From positions 17,694-81,693 of the forward strand of contig DATBLA010000185.1 in the NCBI GenBank assembly GCA_036555645.1: DNA of 64,000 bases. The letters are read 5' to 3'. The position numbers and the translations under genes were made by a program. Source of the stretch: Actinomycetota bacterium. GTDB taxonomy: Bacteria > Actinomycetota > UBA4738 > HRBIN12. Of the stretch, positions 19,957 through 30,021 are shown piece after piece; the first letter of the stretch is position 1, and each line of letters begins with the position of its first letter. The notes under the pieces are model-generated. The model made no database searches. It was not told where the DNA came from and saw nothing but the letters and a program-made list of their open reading frames with translations.

Positions 19957-20036
19957 ACAAGATACGCGCCACGATTGATGAGGGGCGCAATCGGCCCTCC
20001 CTACACTCGGGACTCCGTTTCTTCCGGGAGCAGTCG

Positions 20037-21911
20037 TTGGAACAGCCCATCGAAGAACAGACGAGGCACGCCGCGGCACGGGTCGTCGGCCGGATTCGCA
20101 GTGATCTTCCGTTGGTCGGCATCGACCTGTTGGTGATCGTCGGCGCCTATCTCGTCACGCTGGTCATCCGATTCGAGGGCCGCATCCCCCCCAAGTTCTG
20201 GCAGTCGTTCTGGCTGATCATCCCGGCGATCGTCATCGTCCACCTCACGGCGAACTTCCTGTTCGGCCTGTACGGGCAGATGTGGCGGTACGCGAGCGTC
20301 CAGGAGGCCCGCCGGGTCGTGCTGGCCGGGGTCTTCGCGGGAGCCATCGTCGTCGTCCTGGCCGAGCTCGGGTCCACTCCGAATCGCGCCATCCCGCTGT
20401 CGGTGGCGTTCTTCGGCGCAACCCTGTCGTTCGTCGGGTTCGGGGCCGTCCGCTTCCAGTCGCGACTGTTCGGGTTCCGGCGCCGGACCGAGCACGACGA
20501 GCCGACACGGGTGCTCGTGGTGGGCGCCGGCGACGCCGGATCGATGATCGTTCGCGACGTCTTCCGCAATCCCGCCGTCGGCCTGCTGCCGGTGGGGTTC
20601 GTCGACGACGACCCGAAGAAGATCGGGCTGTCGCTCAGCGGGATCCGCGTCGAGGGCAACTGCCGGGCGATCCCCGACATCGCACGGCGAACGCAGGCCG
20701 ACCAGGTGCTGCTCGCGATCCCCTCGGCCACGAGCGACCTCGTGCGCGACGTCGCGGCCGGATGCGAGAAGGCGGGGCTGATGCTCCGCGTGCTCCCGTC
20801 GGTCCGAGAGGTCGTCGGTGGCCGCGTCACGGCGCACGACATCCGCGACCTCAGCATCGAGGACCTCCTCGGCCGCCAGCAGGTCGAGATGGAGGACGAG
20901 ACCGTCCGGCTGATGCTGGAGGGGCGCCGGGTCCTCATCACCGGCGCGGGTGGGTCGATCGGATCCGAGATCGCCCGCCAGGTCGCGAGCTTCGCTCCGG
21001 CCCGCGTGACGCTCCTGGACCACGACGAGACGCACCTGCACGACGTCATGTCCGAGCTCGAGTCGTCCCCGATCATGTCCGGCGTCCTCGCCGACGTCCG
21101 TGATCGCGACCGCGTGCACGAGGTCATGCGGTCCGAACGCCCCGAGGTCGTGTTCCACGCCGCGGCTCACAAGCACGTTCCCCTGCTCGAGGACCACCCG
21201 GCCGAGGCGTTTCGCACGAACGTGCTCGGGACGGCCAACGTGGCGGAGGCGGCGGCGGCGATCGGCGTCGACCACTTCGTCCTCGTGTCCACCGACAAGG
21301 CCGTTCGCCCGGCAAGCGTCATGGGAGCCTCGAAGTGGTTCGCGGAGCAGGTCGTCCGGAGCCTGCAGAACGGCGGCGGGGGGGTCTTCTGCGCCGTGCG
21401 GTTCGGCAACGTCCTGGGGAGTCGCGGGAGCGTCGTGCCCACCTTCCTCCGGCAGATCCGCAGCGGCGGACCGCTCACCGTGACGGACCCGTCGATGGCG
21501 CGGTTCTTCATGAGCATCCAGGAGGCCGTGTGCCTGGTGCTGCAGTCGGCCGCCATGTCGCGTGGGGGCGAGGTGTTCACGCTCGAGATGGGCGAACCGG
21601 TGAACATCCTCGATCTCGCCGGACGGCTCGTCCGCCTCTCCGGCCGCGTTCCCGGCCGCGACGTGAAGATCGAGGTCGTCGGGCGCCGACCCGGCGAGAA
21701 GCTCGTCGAGGACCTCATCGATCCCGACGAGGACCCCGGGCCGAGCGGACATCAGGGGATCATGGTCTCGCGGCCCCGGACGCCCGATCGCGCGGCGCTC
21801 AAACGGGCGCTCCGCGAGCTCGACCTCCTCGTCGACGAGAGCGACGCCCTTGCCGATCGCATGAAGGACCTGGCCGCGGCCGGTTTCGTGGAGGACGTGG
21901 TGCGGATATGA
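20037..21911 (+). CDS. Polysaccharide biosynthesis protein CapD/PglF/WbpM family (membrane-anchored nucleotide-sugar 4,6-dehydratase)
   Basis: N-terminal TM helices, then VLVVGAGDAGSMI and ITGAGGSIGSEIARQ double Rossmann, 624 aa. Confidence 0.85.
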   Translation: MEQPIEEQTRHAAARVVGRIRSDLPLVGIDLLVIVGAYLVTLVIRFEGRIPPKFWQSFWLIIPAIVIVHLTANFLFGLYGQMWRYASVQEARRVVLAGVFAGAIVVVLAELGSTPNRAIPLSVAFFGATLSFVGFGAVRFQSRLFGFRRRTEHDEPTRVLVVGAGDAGSMIVRDVFRNPAVGLLPVGFVDDDPKKIGLSLSGIRVEGNCRAIPDIARRTQADQVLLAIPSATSDLVRDVAAGCEKAGLMLRVLPSVREVVGGRVTAHDIRDLSIEDLLGRQQVEMEDETVRLMLEGRRVLITGAGGSIGSEIARQVASFAPARVTLLDHDETHLHDVMSELESSPIMSGVLADVRDRDRVHEVMRSERPEVVFHAAAHKHVPLLEDHPAEAFRTNVLGTANVAEAAAAIGVDHFVLVSTDKAVRPASVMGASKWFAEQVVRSLQNGGGGVFCAVRFGNVLGSRGSVVPTFLRQIRSGGPLTVTDPSMARFFMSIQEAVCLVLQSAAMSRGGEVFTLEMGEPVNILDLAGRLVRLSGRVPGRDVKIEVVGRRPGEKLVEDLIDPDEDPGPSGHQGIMVSRPRTPDRAALKRALRELDLLVDESDALADRMKDLAAAGFVEDVVRI

Positions 21912-22468
21912 GCGTGTGCACGGTCGTGGTCGGGCATCGCGAGGCCATGGTCGCCGAGGGGATCGCCGCGGCGCTCGGGCGCTCCCCCGGGATCCTGCCC
22001 GTCGCCTCGGCCTGCGAGGCCGGCGAGGTGCTCAGGCTCGGGCAGTCCGTCGACGCCGTGGCGCTCGATTCGGGCATGCCCGACTCCGAGCGACTCGCGG
22101 CGCGCCTGCGGCGCCACGGGGTCCGGGTCGTCATGATCGGCGGCGATCCGACCGACGACGAGTCGGTGCGCGTGTCGACGCGCGATCGCGTCGCGGCGCT
22201 CGCGTCCGCGCTCAATCCTCGCGGCGCACCCGCGCCGGTCCACGCCTCCCGACTGACCAACCGCGAGCACGAGGTGCTCACGCTGGTCGCGAAGGGGCTC
22301 GTCGGCAAGCAGGTCGCCAGGCAGCTCGGCATCAGCCCGAAGACCGTCGAGCGACACAAGACGAAGATCTTCTCGAAGCTGGGGGTCCCGAACGCGGCCG
22401 CAGCCGTCGGCCTCCTCCTGTCGACGAACGGGGGAGGTGACCGTTCGTGGACGCATCCTCCTATGTGA
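21908..22468 (+). CDS. Atypical LuxR-family regulator with degenerate receiver-like N-terminus
   Basis: ATGA overlap with capD-like gene. C-terminal TNREHEVLTLVAKGLVGKQVARQLGISPKTVERHKTKIFSKLGV LuxR HTH. N-terminus lacks the DD pocket. Confidence 0.65.
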   Translation: MSVCTVVVGHREAMVAEGIAAALGRSPGILPVASACEAGEVLRLGQSVDAVALDSGMPDSERLAARLRRHGVRVVMIGGDPTDDESVRVSTRDRVAALASALNPRGAPAPVHASRLTNREHEVLTLVAKGLVGKQVARQLGISPKTVERHKTKIFSKLGVPNAAAAVGLLLSTNGGGDRSWTHPPM

Positions 22469-24180
22469 GGGGCTTCGCCCGGCGGTGGAAGGTCATCCTG
22501 GCCTGCGTGCTGGTCGCCCTCGCGATCGGATTCGTCGTGACATCGGGGCAGAGCGGCTCGGCGCCCACGACCACGCAGTACCAGGCGACGACCTACCTGT
22601 TGGGTACCTCGTCGAGCAGCTCGTTCCGAGGCGACAACAACCTGACGACCGTCGCCACGATCGCGACGCTCGGCGTGATCCCCGAGCGGGTCGCGGAGGC
22701 GATCGGCTACGAGGGCGATCCCCAGGATCTCGCCGAGACCGTGGTCGTCGAGGGAGACGAGAACACGGGCCTGCTGTCGATCGAGGCGCTCGGGACCTCG
22801 GCGGCTCGCGCCGAGGAGCTCGCCGACACGTGGGCCGAGGAGCTCCTCGGGTTCCTGCGGGACCGCAACCTCGAGGAGGTTCGCCGGCTGCGGGCGCAGA
22901 TCCGGCAGCTCACGCAGGAGATCGCCGAGCTCGACGCCGAGCTGGAGCAGCCGGACGAGGGGAGCACCGACGAGGACAAGGCCGGGGTCCAGGAGGAGCG
23001 GGACACCGCCGACCTGCAGCTTCAGGCGCTGACCCAGCAGTACTCGCAGCTCGCCGCCGAGACCGGAGGGGTTCCCGAAGGCTTCGAGGTGATCGAGCCC
23101 GCCACGGCGCAGGAGGTGAGCACCGATCCCGGCATCCAGGCGCCGCGCTCCCGGCTCATCCGGCTGCTGATCGCGGTCATCATCGGCTTGCTCTTCGGCG
23201 TCGGCATCTCGCTCTTGCTCGAGCGCTTCGACACCCGCATCCGGACCAAGGAGGAGGCCGAGGAGAGCTTCGGGCTCCCGGTCCTGGCCGAGATCCCACC
23301 GATCAGCCGAAGGAAGCGGTCCGGGGTCGTGGTGGATGCGTTCCCGCGCGCGCCCGCTTCGAACGCCTTCCGGTTGCTGGCCGCGGCGCTGCAGTTCGGC
23401 CGGCACGACGGGTCCGCGCGCGACACCGAGTCGAACGGGCATCCCGGATCGCCCACGATCCTCGTGACGAGCTCCGTCCCCGCCGAGGGGAAGTCGACGA
23501 TCGTCGCGAACCTGGCGGCGACCTACGCGGACCTCGGCAAGCGCGTCGTCGTGGTCTGCTGCGACTTCCGGCACCCCACGATCCACGAGACGCTGAAGGT
23601 GGAGCAGGGTCCGGGGCTGGCCGACGCCCTCGTCGCCGAGTCACAGGTCCCGCTCGAGCCGCTGCTCCAGGAGAGCCGCCTCGACCGTGTCCGTGTGCTC
23701 GCCACCGGTCACGTCCCCGAGAAGACCGGCGGCCTGTTCGGGTCGCCCCACGTGGGGCAGGTGCTCGATGCCCTTCGATCCGAGGCCGACGTGGTCCTCA
23801 TCGACACGGCTCCGGTGCTCGCCTCGAGCGACTGGACGCAGCTGTTGCCCGAGGTCGACTCGGTCCTCGTGGTCGCGCGATCGGGGAAGACCGACCGCAG
23901 CGACGCGGCGCGGACCGCCGAGATCCTCGCGATCCTCGGCGCGCCCGTCGTCGGGATCGCGATGAACGGTCTGGCGCGATCGCCGAGCCGGCGTGACAGC
24001 TACCGCTACCGCTACCACCGCGAGGCATCCACGGAGCCGACCGACGAGACCTCCGAGTCCGCGGACGTCAGCGGCAACGGCGCCGCCGGCCCGGCGGCCG
24101 ATACCGGCGCGGAGCAGGAGGGGGCGGAGAGTTCGCGTGGGGGATTCCCCCACCTGGCGCGTCCCTCGACGAAGGAATAG
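22447..24180 (+). CDS. Wzc-like polysaccharide co-polymerase / tyrosine autokinase (BY-kinase); alternative start GTG 22465
   Basis: N-terminal TM plus chain-length-determinant region, coiled coil, C-terminal P-loop ILVTSSVPAEGKSTIVANLAATYADLGKRVVVVCCDFRHP, Tyr/Ser-rich tail. Confidence 0.75.
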   Translation: MDASSYVRGFARRWKVILACVLVALAIGFVVTSGQSGSAPTTTQYQATTYLLGTSSSSSFRGDNNLTTVATIATLGVIPERVAEAIGYEGDPQDLAETVVVEGDENTGLLSIEALGTSAARAEELADTWAEELLGFLRDRNLEEVRRLRAQIRQLTQEIAELDAELEQPDEGSTDEDKAGVQEERDTADLQLQALTQQYSQLAAETGGVPEGFEVIEPATAQEVSTDPGIQAPRSRLIRLLIAVIIGLLFGVGISLLLERFDTRIRTKEEAEESFGLPVLAEIPPISRRKRSGVVVDAFPRAPASNAFRLLAAALQFGRHDGSARDTESNGHPGSPTILVTSSVPAEGKSTIVANLAATYADLGKRVVVVCCDFRHPTIHETLKVEQGPGLADALVAESQVPLEPLLQESRLDRVRVLATGHVPEKTGGLFGSPHVGQVLDALRSEADVVLIDTAPVLASSDWTQLLPEVDSVLVVARSGKTDRSDAARTAEILAILGAPVVGIAMNGLARSPSRRDSYRYRYHREASTEPTDETSESADVSGNGAAGPAADTGAEQEGAESSRGGFPHLARPSTKE

Positions 24181-24188
24181 CATTCAAG

Positions 24189-24545
24189 ATGCCCGTGTAC
24201 TTTGTCTCGCCCGCGGAAGTCGTCCGAGGCCTCCTCACCTACACCGACTGGTGGCAGCCGTCCACCGCGTCGATCCTTCAGGTGGGGGGCGGTCGTCGCG
24301 CGTCGTGGGTCGAGGACGGCGTCAACGTCGGGCTGCTGGACCGACTCGACGAGCGGGCCGAGCTGCGGCGACGGATGCAGATGCTCGGCGAGACCGAGCG
24401 GCACTTGCTGTACCTCTGGTACGTGGTGCAGGTTCCCGCCGCCGGGATCGCCCGCGAGCTGAAGATCTCCCGCCGCCAGTGCTTCCGGCGCCGCGCCTCG
24501 GCGATCCGACGGATCGTCGAGCTCGGCGAGAGCGCGGCGGCCTGA
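24189..24545 (+). CDS. Small protein with sigma-70 region-4-like HTH
   Basis: LGETERHLLYLWYVVQVPAAGIARELKISRRQCFRRRASAIRRIVEL resembles ECF sigma region 4. Locally AT-richer upstream sequence. Confidence 0.45.
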   Translation: MPVYFVSPAEVVRGLLTYTDWWQPSTASILQVGGGRRASWVEDGVNVGLLDRLDERAELRRRMQMLGETERHLLYLWYVVQVPAAGIARELKISRRQCFRRRASAIRRIVELGESAAA

Positions 24546-24600
24546 CCGCCCTCACGCTCGTCGCGATCCCGAGCCGGGCATCGCGCGCAAGGAGGTTCGA

Positions 24601-24843
24601 TTGGACACCGCAACGAGCATCACGGAGTACGTCCGCGATGAGCTGCTCGTCGGCGACGGCGAGCTGAACGCCGATACCCCGCTGTGGGACGGCGCCATCG
24701 ACTCGGTCGCCCTCATCCAGCTCATCTCGTTCATCGAGGAGCGATTCGGCGTCGAGATCGATGATGCCGAGCTGACCTCGGACCACTTCAACACGGTCGC
24801 CGACATCGCCGCCCTCGTCGATCGCAAGCTCGCCTCGGCATGA
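24601..24843 (+). CDS. Acyl/peptidyl carrier protein (DltC-like)
   Basis: 80 aa. LWDGAIDSVALIQLISFIEERFGVEI with phosphopantetheine-attachment Ser in DS context. Confidence 0.8.
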   Translation: MDTATSITEYVRDELLVGDGELNADTPLWDGAIDSVALIQLISFIEERFGVEIDDAELTSDHFNTVADIAALVDRKLASA

Positions 24844-24880
24844 GGAGCCCGCTCGACGACGGCGACCGGAGGAGGCTCGG

Positions 24881-26470
24881 ATGAGCGTCTTCGCCGTGCA
24901 CCACCTGCTCGAGCGATCGGCGGAGTCGGTTCCGGACCGGATCGCCGTTCGGTGCGACGGCGCCGAGCTCTCGTACGCGGAGCTCGAGCGCCGATCGAGC
25001 GGGATCGCGGCGACGCTCGTGGACGCCGGGGTCGAGCCGGGCGACCGCGTCGGCCTGTACGTGCCGAAGAGCGTGGACACCGTCGCGGCGATCTACGGGA
25101 TCATGAAGGCGGGCGCCGCGTACGTCCCGATCGATCCGAGCTCGCCGGTGCTTCGCGCGGCGACGATCGCAGGTGATTGCACGGTCGCGGCGATGGTCAC
25201 CACGCCCGATCGGCTGCCGCAGCTCGCGGAGGGTCTCGGGGATCACCGCCCGCGCTGTGCGCTGCTCGTGGGTGACGTGGGGTCCGCGGACGGCGGATCG
25301 ATCCCGTCGATCGGGCTGGCGGATGCGGCCGACGCGGGAGGCCCCGATCCTCGTGTTCCGGTCGTCGACACGGACCTCGCGTACATCCTGTACACGTCGG
25401 GCTCCACCGGTACGCCCAAGGGCGTGATGCTGACGCATCGCCACGCGATCACCTTCGTCGAATGGTGCGCGAGCACGATCGGCACCCAGCCGGACGACCG
25501 GTTCTCGAACCACGCGCCGTTCCACTTCGACCTGTCGGTGTTCGATCTGTACGTCGCCGCGTACGGAGGCGCGAGCGTGTCGATCGTTCCCGAGCGGCGC
25601 GCCTACTTCGGGCGCGACCTCGCCTCGTTCCTCCGCGAGGAGTCGATCACGGTCTGGTACTCGGTGCCGTCGGCGCTCATGCTGATCGCGCGGGCCGTCG
25701 ACGAGGGCGAGTCGTTCCCGTCCCTGCGCGCCGTCGTGTTCGCGGGCGAGGTCTACCCGACGAAGCATCTGCGAGCGCTCATGTCCGTCGTCCCCGCCGC
25801 GGAGCTCTGGAACCTCTACGGCCCCACGGAGACGAACGTCTGCACCGCCTACCGCGTCACCGAGCTCGAGGACGACGCGCCGATCCCGATCGGCCGGGCG
25901 ATCGAGAACACCGAGGTCGTCGCGGTCACGGACGACGGTCGGGCTGCGGGCGTCGACGAGGAGGGCGAGCTCTACGTCCGAGGGTCGACGGTCATGAAGG
26001 GGTACTGGGGCAACCCGGAGCGCTCGGCCGAGGTGCTCGTGCCGCATCCGCTCCGCAGCGACGTCGTCGATCCCGTCTACCGGACGGGCGATCTCGTCCG
26101 TCTTCGACCCGATGGCGACTACGACTTCCTCGGCCGCCGAGATCACCAGATCAAGAGTCGCGGGTACCGGATCGAGCTCGGCGAGGTCGAGGCGGCGCTC
26201 CATGCGGACCCTCGCGTGGACGTGGCGGTCGCGATCGCCGTGCCGCACGAGGACTGGGGGACCGCGATCGTCGCCTACGTCGTGCCCAAGCAGGCGGACG
26301 AGGTTCCCACGGAGATCGACGTGAAGCGTCACGCGGCCCAGCGGCTCCCGCGATACATGGTCCCGGCCCGCGTGGAGATCCGGGACGAGCTGCCTCGGAC
26401 CTCGACGGGCAAGGTCGACCGGCGCACGGTCGCCGACGAGGCGACGGCCCGGGCGTGGTCGTGGAGCTGA
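24881..26470 (+). CDS. Standalone adenylation-domain (AMP-binding) enzyme, DltA/NRPS A-domain-like
   Basis: LAYILYTSGSTGTPKGVMLTHR (A3 core), YGPTETNV, YRTGDLVR, ...GKVDRR (A10). 529 aa, no C/T/TE domains. Confidence 0.85.
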   Translation: MSVFAVHHLLERSAESVPDRIAVRCDGAELSYAELERRSSGIAATLVDAGVEPGDRVGLYVPKSVDTVAAIYGIMKAGAAYVPIDPSSPVLRAATIAGDCTVAAMVTTPDRLPQLAEGLGDHRPRCALLVGDVGSADGGSIPSIGLADAADAGGPDPRVPVVDTDLAYILYTSGSTGTPKGVMLTHRHAITFVEWCASTIGTQPDDRFSNHAPFHFDLSVFDLYVAAYGGASVSIVPERRAYFGRDLASFLREESITVWYSVPSALMLIARAVDEGESFPSLRAVVFAGEVYPTKHLRALMSVVPAAELWNLYGPTETNVCTAYRVTELEDDAPIPIGRAIENTEVVAVTDDGRAAGVDEEGELYVRGSTVMKGYWGNPERSAEVLVPHPLRSDVVDPVYRTGDLVRLRPDGDYDFLGRRDHQIKSRGYRIELGEVEAALHADPRVDVAVAIAVPHEDWGTAIVAYVVPKQADEVPTEIDVKRHAAQRLPRYMVPARVEIRDELPRTSTGKVDRRTVADEATARAWSWS

Positions 26471-26472
26471 AG

Positions 26473-27639
26473 GTGACTCGCCCCTCCGGCCTTCGCCGCC
26501 GAGCCGCGCTCGCGCTGCTCGCGCTCGGCGCGGCGACCGTGGCGGTGCTGGGTCCTCAGGTGTCGGCCTCGGCCCAGGGGGCGATCGAGGTCCGCAGCGA
26601 CATCACGTACGCGACGCACGCCGGCGACGCGTTGCTGCTCGACGCCTACCTGCCGGATGCCGGTGCGCCGGTCCCGGGTGTCATCGTCGTTCCGGGCGGC
26701 AAGTGGGTGAACATCGACAAGACGAAGCACAGCGACGTGCCCACGTACTTCGCGGATCACGGGATCGCGGCGTTCGCGATCGAGTACCGGTCGGCGACCG
26801 AGTTCCCGTACCCGGCGGCGGTCGAGGACGTCGTCGCAGCCATCCGCTGGGTGCGAGGACACGCGGCGGAGTTCGACGTCGATCCGACGCAGCTCGGGGC
26901 GGTCGGCGTGTCCGCGGGCGGCCACCTCGCGGCGCTCGCCGCCACGATGGGTTCCGGTCCGCTCGATCGAGGGGCCCGGGTCCGGGTCGTGGCCTCGTGG
27001 TCGGGCCCGATGGACCTCGAGCCGCTCGTCGACACCCCGGACGCCGACCTGCGCGAGCCGGTCCGGACGTTCCTCGGGTGCTCGGCGACCGAGGACTGCA
27101 CCGCGGTGGCTCGCGACGCCTCGCCGATCACGTACGCCGACCCATCCGATCCTCCGATGTTCCTGGTCAACGGCGAGACGGAGATCATCCCCGTCGGCCA
27201 GGCGGAATCGATGGCCCGGGCGCTGGCCGCCGCCGGTGTCGAGTCCGAGGTCGACGTCGTCGCCGGAGGCGGCCACGGGGCCGGCTACGGAGGGGGGGAC
27301 AAGGTCCTGAACCAGGCCCTGCCCTACATCCAGAGCTGGATCGCCGGGCGTCCCGCCCCCCAGGTGACGGGCACGCAGGGCACGAGCGGTTCCGGCGGCA
27401 AGGACTCCTCGGCGGCCGCTCCGACGGCGTCGCCCGCTCCGGGCAAGCAGACGGACCCGGCCTCGAAGGAGACGGGCACGGGTGCGACCGCGACGGGGTC
27501 GAACGAGACGGTGGTCGTGGCCGTCGCCATGGTCGCGCTGCTCCTGGTCGCGCTCGAGCTCGTCGTGATCGTCCGGCTTCGGCGCCGGGTCGCGGCGTTG
27601 TCGGCGGCGCGCACGGTCGAGGAGACGGGGGCATCGTGA
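26473..27639 (+). CDS. Secreted alpha/beta hydrolase (esterase/lipase-like) with Sec signal peptide and C-terminal TM anchor
   Basis: TRPSGLRRRAALALLALGAATVAVLG...ASA signal. VGVSAGGHLAA nucleophile elbow. Thr/Gly/Ser-rich linker then hydrophobic VVVAVAMVALLLVALELVVIV. Confidence 0.7.
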   Translation: MTRPSGLRRRAALALLALGAATVAVLGPQVSASAQGAIEVRSDITYATHAGDALLLDAYLPDAGAPVPGVIVVPGGKWVNIDKTKHSDVPTYFADHGIAAFAIEYRSATEFPYPAAVEDVVAAIRWVRGHAAEFDVDPTQLGAVGVSAGGHLAALAATMGSGPLDRGARVRVVASWSGPMDLEPLVDTPDADLREPVRTFLGCSATEDCTAVARDASPITYADPSDPPMFLVNGETEIIPVGQAESMARALAAAGVESEVDVVAGGGHGAGYGGGDKVLNQALPYIQSWIAGRPAPQVTGTQGTSGSGGKDSSAAAPTASPAPGKQTDPASKETGTGATATGSNETVVVAVAMVALLLVALELVVIVRLRRRVAALSAARTVEETGAS

Positions 27640-28694
27640 GCGCGGCGTCCTCGGCTCCAGCGTCGTCGTTCCCGTTCGTCGTCGCTCGCGGCCGCTCGGG
27701 GACGACGCTGCTCCGGGCGATGCTCGATGCCCACCCGGAGCTGTCGATCCCCGGCGAGTCGCACTTCGTCCCGCACTTCGTCGTCCAGCGATCGCGCTAC
27801 GAGCGTCCGGACGGGTTCGACACGAGGCGGTTCGGCCGCGAGCTGCTCGGTCGGTGGGGTTGGACGATCCGCCGCTGGAGCCTGTCGGACGAGGAGATCC
27901 TCCGGGAGATCCAGGATCCGCCTCCGAGCGAGGTCACCGAGGTGGTCCGACGCCTCTACGCGGCCCACGCGAGGGCGGAGGGCAAGGCCCGGTACGGCGA
28001 CAAGACGCCGAGCTACATCCTCCACATCGACCTCCTGGCCTCGGCCTTCCCCGAAGCGAGGTTCATCCACCTGATCCGGGACGGGCGCGACGTGGCGAGG
28101 TCGTACCTCGACGCGGATTTCGGGTCCCAGACGCTCGGGCAGGCCGCGATCACCTGGGATCGGTACGTGCGCGCCGGGCGCGCCGCCGGTGCCCGGCTCG
28201 GTCCCGAGCGGTACGTCGAGGTTCGCTACGAGGATCTCGTTCGCGACCCCGAGCGCGTCCTCGGCGAGCTCATGCCGTTCATCGGCCTCGAGTTCGACGA
28301 GCGGATGCTCCGCTATCACGAGCAGGCCGACCAGCTCGTTGGCGGCCTCTCGCACAGCGCCCACCATCGAAACCTGTACAAGCCGCCGACGCCGGGGCTG
28401 CGGGACTGGCGCCGGGAGTTCTCTCCGCGGCAGGTGGCGGTGTTCGAGGCCCTGGCCGGCGACCTGCTCGGCGAGCTCGGCTACGAGCGTGTCTCCGGCG
28501 AGCGCGGGTTCTCGGTGGCCGTGACCGCGGGCCGGCATCGCGCGGAGACGCAGATCCGCCGGGCGGGGCACGGCATCCGCGTGCGGGTCCGGCGGCAACG
28601 CCGGCGGATCATCCGATCCATCAACCAGCGCCGAACCGCGGGCGACCGCGGGACGGCAACGATCGCGTCGTCGTCGCAGACCCCACAGACATGA
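27636..28694 (+). CDS. Sulfotransferase-family protein (Stf0-like)
   Basis: FVVARGRSGTTLLRAMLDAHPE 5'-PSB-like motif and ...FIHLIRDGRDVARS 3'-PB-like motif. GTGA overlap with upstream gene. Confidence 0.7.
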   Translation: MSAASSAPASSFPFVVARGRSGTTLLRAMLDAHPELSIPGESHFVPHFVVQRSRYERPDGFDTRRFGRELLGRWGWTIRRWSLSDEEILREIQDPPPSEVTEVVRRLYAAHARAEGKARYGDKTPSYILHIDLLASAFPEARFIHLIRDGRDVARSYLDADFGSQTLGQAAITWDRYVRAGRAAGARLGPERYVEVRYEDLVRDPERVLGELMPFIGLEFDERMLRYHEQADQLVGGLSHSAHHRNLYKPPTPGLRDWRREFSPRQVAVFEALAGDLLGELGYERVSGERGFSVAVTAGRHRAETQIRRAGHGIRVRVRRQRRRIIRSINQRRTAGDRGTATIASSSQTPQT

Positions 28695-28713
28695 CGGCTC
28701 GGAGGACGAAGGG

Positions 28714-30021
28714 ATGAGAGGAACCGCCGCGCTTCGCCGCCGGATCCTGTCCCGGCGAGCGAAGGTCGCCGTGATCGGTCAGGGATACGTCGGGGTGTCG
28801 CTCGCATGCGCGGCCTCCGAGGCCGGGTTCCCGGTCGTCGGGACCGACATCGACGCCGGACGGATCGCGGATCTGGCTCGAGGTGTCCTGTCCGTCCCCG
28901 GCGTGAGCTCCCAGCTGTTCCGGGCCGGCGTCGAAGCTGGCAACGCCACGTTCTCGACGGACATCGGCGTCATCCGCGATGCCGATCTCGTCCTCATCTG
29001 CGTCCCGACCCCCGTCCGGGACCACGCGCCGGATCTGTCCTTCGTCGAGCAGGCCGCCCGCGACGTTGCGGCCAACCTCACGCCCGGCAAGCTCGTCGTC
29101 CTGGAGTCCACGACCTACCCGGGGACGACCGAGGACCTCATCCGGCCGATCCTCGAGACGTCCGGGCTGGGGGCGGGCCGGGACTTCCTCCTCGCGTACT
29201 CGCCCGAACGGATCGACCCGGGCAACGATGAGTTCGGACTCCGGAACACGCCGAAGATCGTTGGCGGGCTGTCGCCCGAGTCCACCGGTCTCGCCGCCCT
29301 GTTCTACGAGCAGCTCGTCGAGAAGGTCATGGTCGTCTCGTCCTGCCGGGCGGCGGAGCTCGCCAAGCTGCTGGAGAACACGTTCCGGCACGTGAACATC
29401 GCGCTCGTGAACGAGATGGCCACGCTCTGCCACGAGATGGGCATCGACGTCTGGGAGGTCGCGGAGGCAGCGGCGACGAAGCCGTTCGGGTTCATGTCGT
29501 TCTCACCCGGCCCGGGGGTGGGCGGCCATTGCATCCCGCTGGATCCCGCGTATCTCGCCTGGCAGGTGCGCCGGGACGCGGGGCATCAGTTCCGCATCCT
29601 CGAGCAGGCACAGGACATCAACGCCCAGATGCCGGGATACGTGGCGGCGCGCATCGGCGACGCCCTCAACGACGTCGGCAAGCCGGTGAAGGGATCGCGG
29701 ATCCTCGTCCTCGGCGTCGCCTACAAGGCCGATGTGGGGGACATCCGCGAGTCACCCGCGCTGAAGGTGATGACCATGCTGCACCGCCGCGGGGCGATCG
29801 TGACGTTCAACGACCCACACGCGCAGAAGGTGCAGGTGAACGGCATGCTGCTGTCGAGCGCCGAGCTCACGCAGCGGGAGCTCGCGGTCGCGGACTGCGT
29901 CGCGCTGCTCACCCCCCATCGCGCGTACGACCTCGAATGGATCGCCGAGCATGCGGCGCTCGTCTTCGATGCCCGCAACGCGTTCGGCTCGGACCGCCGC
30001 CGGAACGTCGTGCGGCTGTGA
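28714..30021 (+). CDS. Nucleotide-sugar 6-dehydrogenase (UDP-glucose/UDP-N-acetyl-hexosamine dehydrogenase family)
   Basis: VAVIGQGYVGVSLA Rossmann, ...GGHCIPLDP catalytic Cys region. Confidence 0.85.
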   Translation: MRGTAALRRRILSRRAKVAVIGQGYVGVSLACAASEAGFPVVGTDIDAGRIADLARGVLSVPGVSSQLFRAGVEAGNATFSTDIGVIRDADLVLICVPTPVRDHAPDLSFVEQAARDVAANLTPGKLVVLESTTYPGTTEDLIRPILETSGLGAGRDFLLAYSPERIDPGNDEFGLRNTPKIVGGLSPESTGLAALFYEQLVEKVMVVSSCRAAELAKLLENTFRHVNIALVNEMATLCHEMGIDVWEVAEAAATKPFGFMSFSPGPGVGGHCIPLDPAYLAWQVRRDAGHQFRILEQAQDINAQMPGYVAARIGDALNDVGKPVKGSRILVLGVAYKADVGDIRESPALKVMTMLHRRGAIVTFNDPHAQKVQVNGMLLSSAELTQRELAVADCVALLTPHRAYDLEWIAEHAALVFDARNAFGSDRRRNVVRL

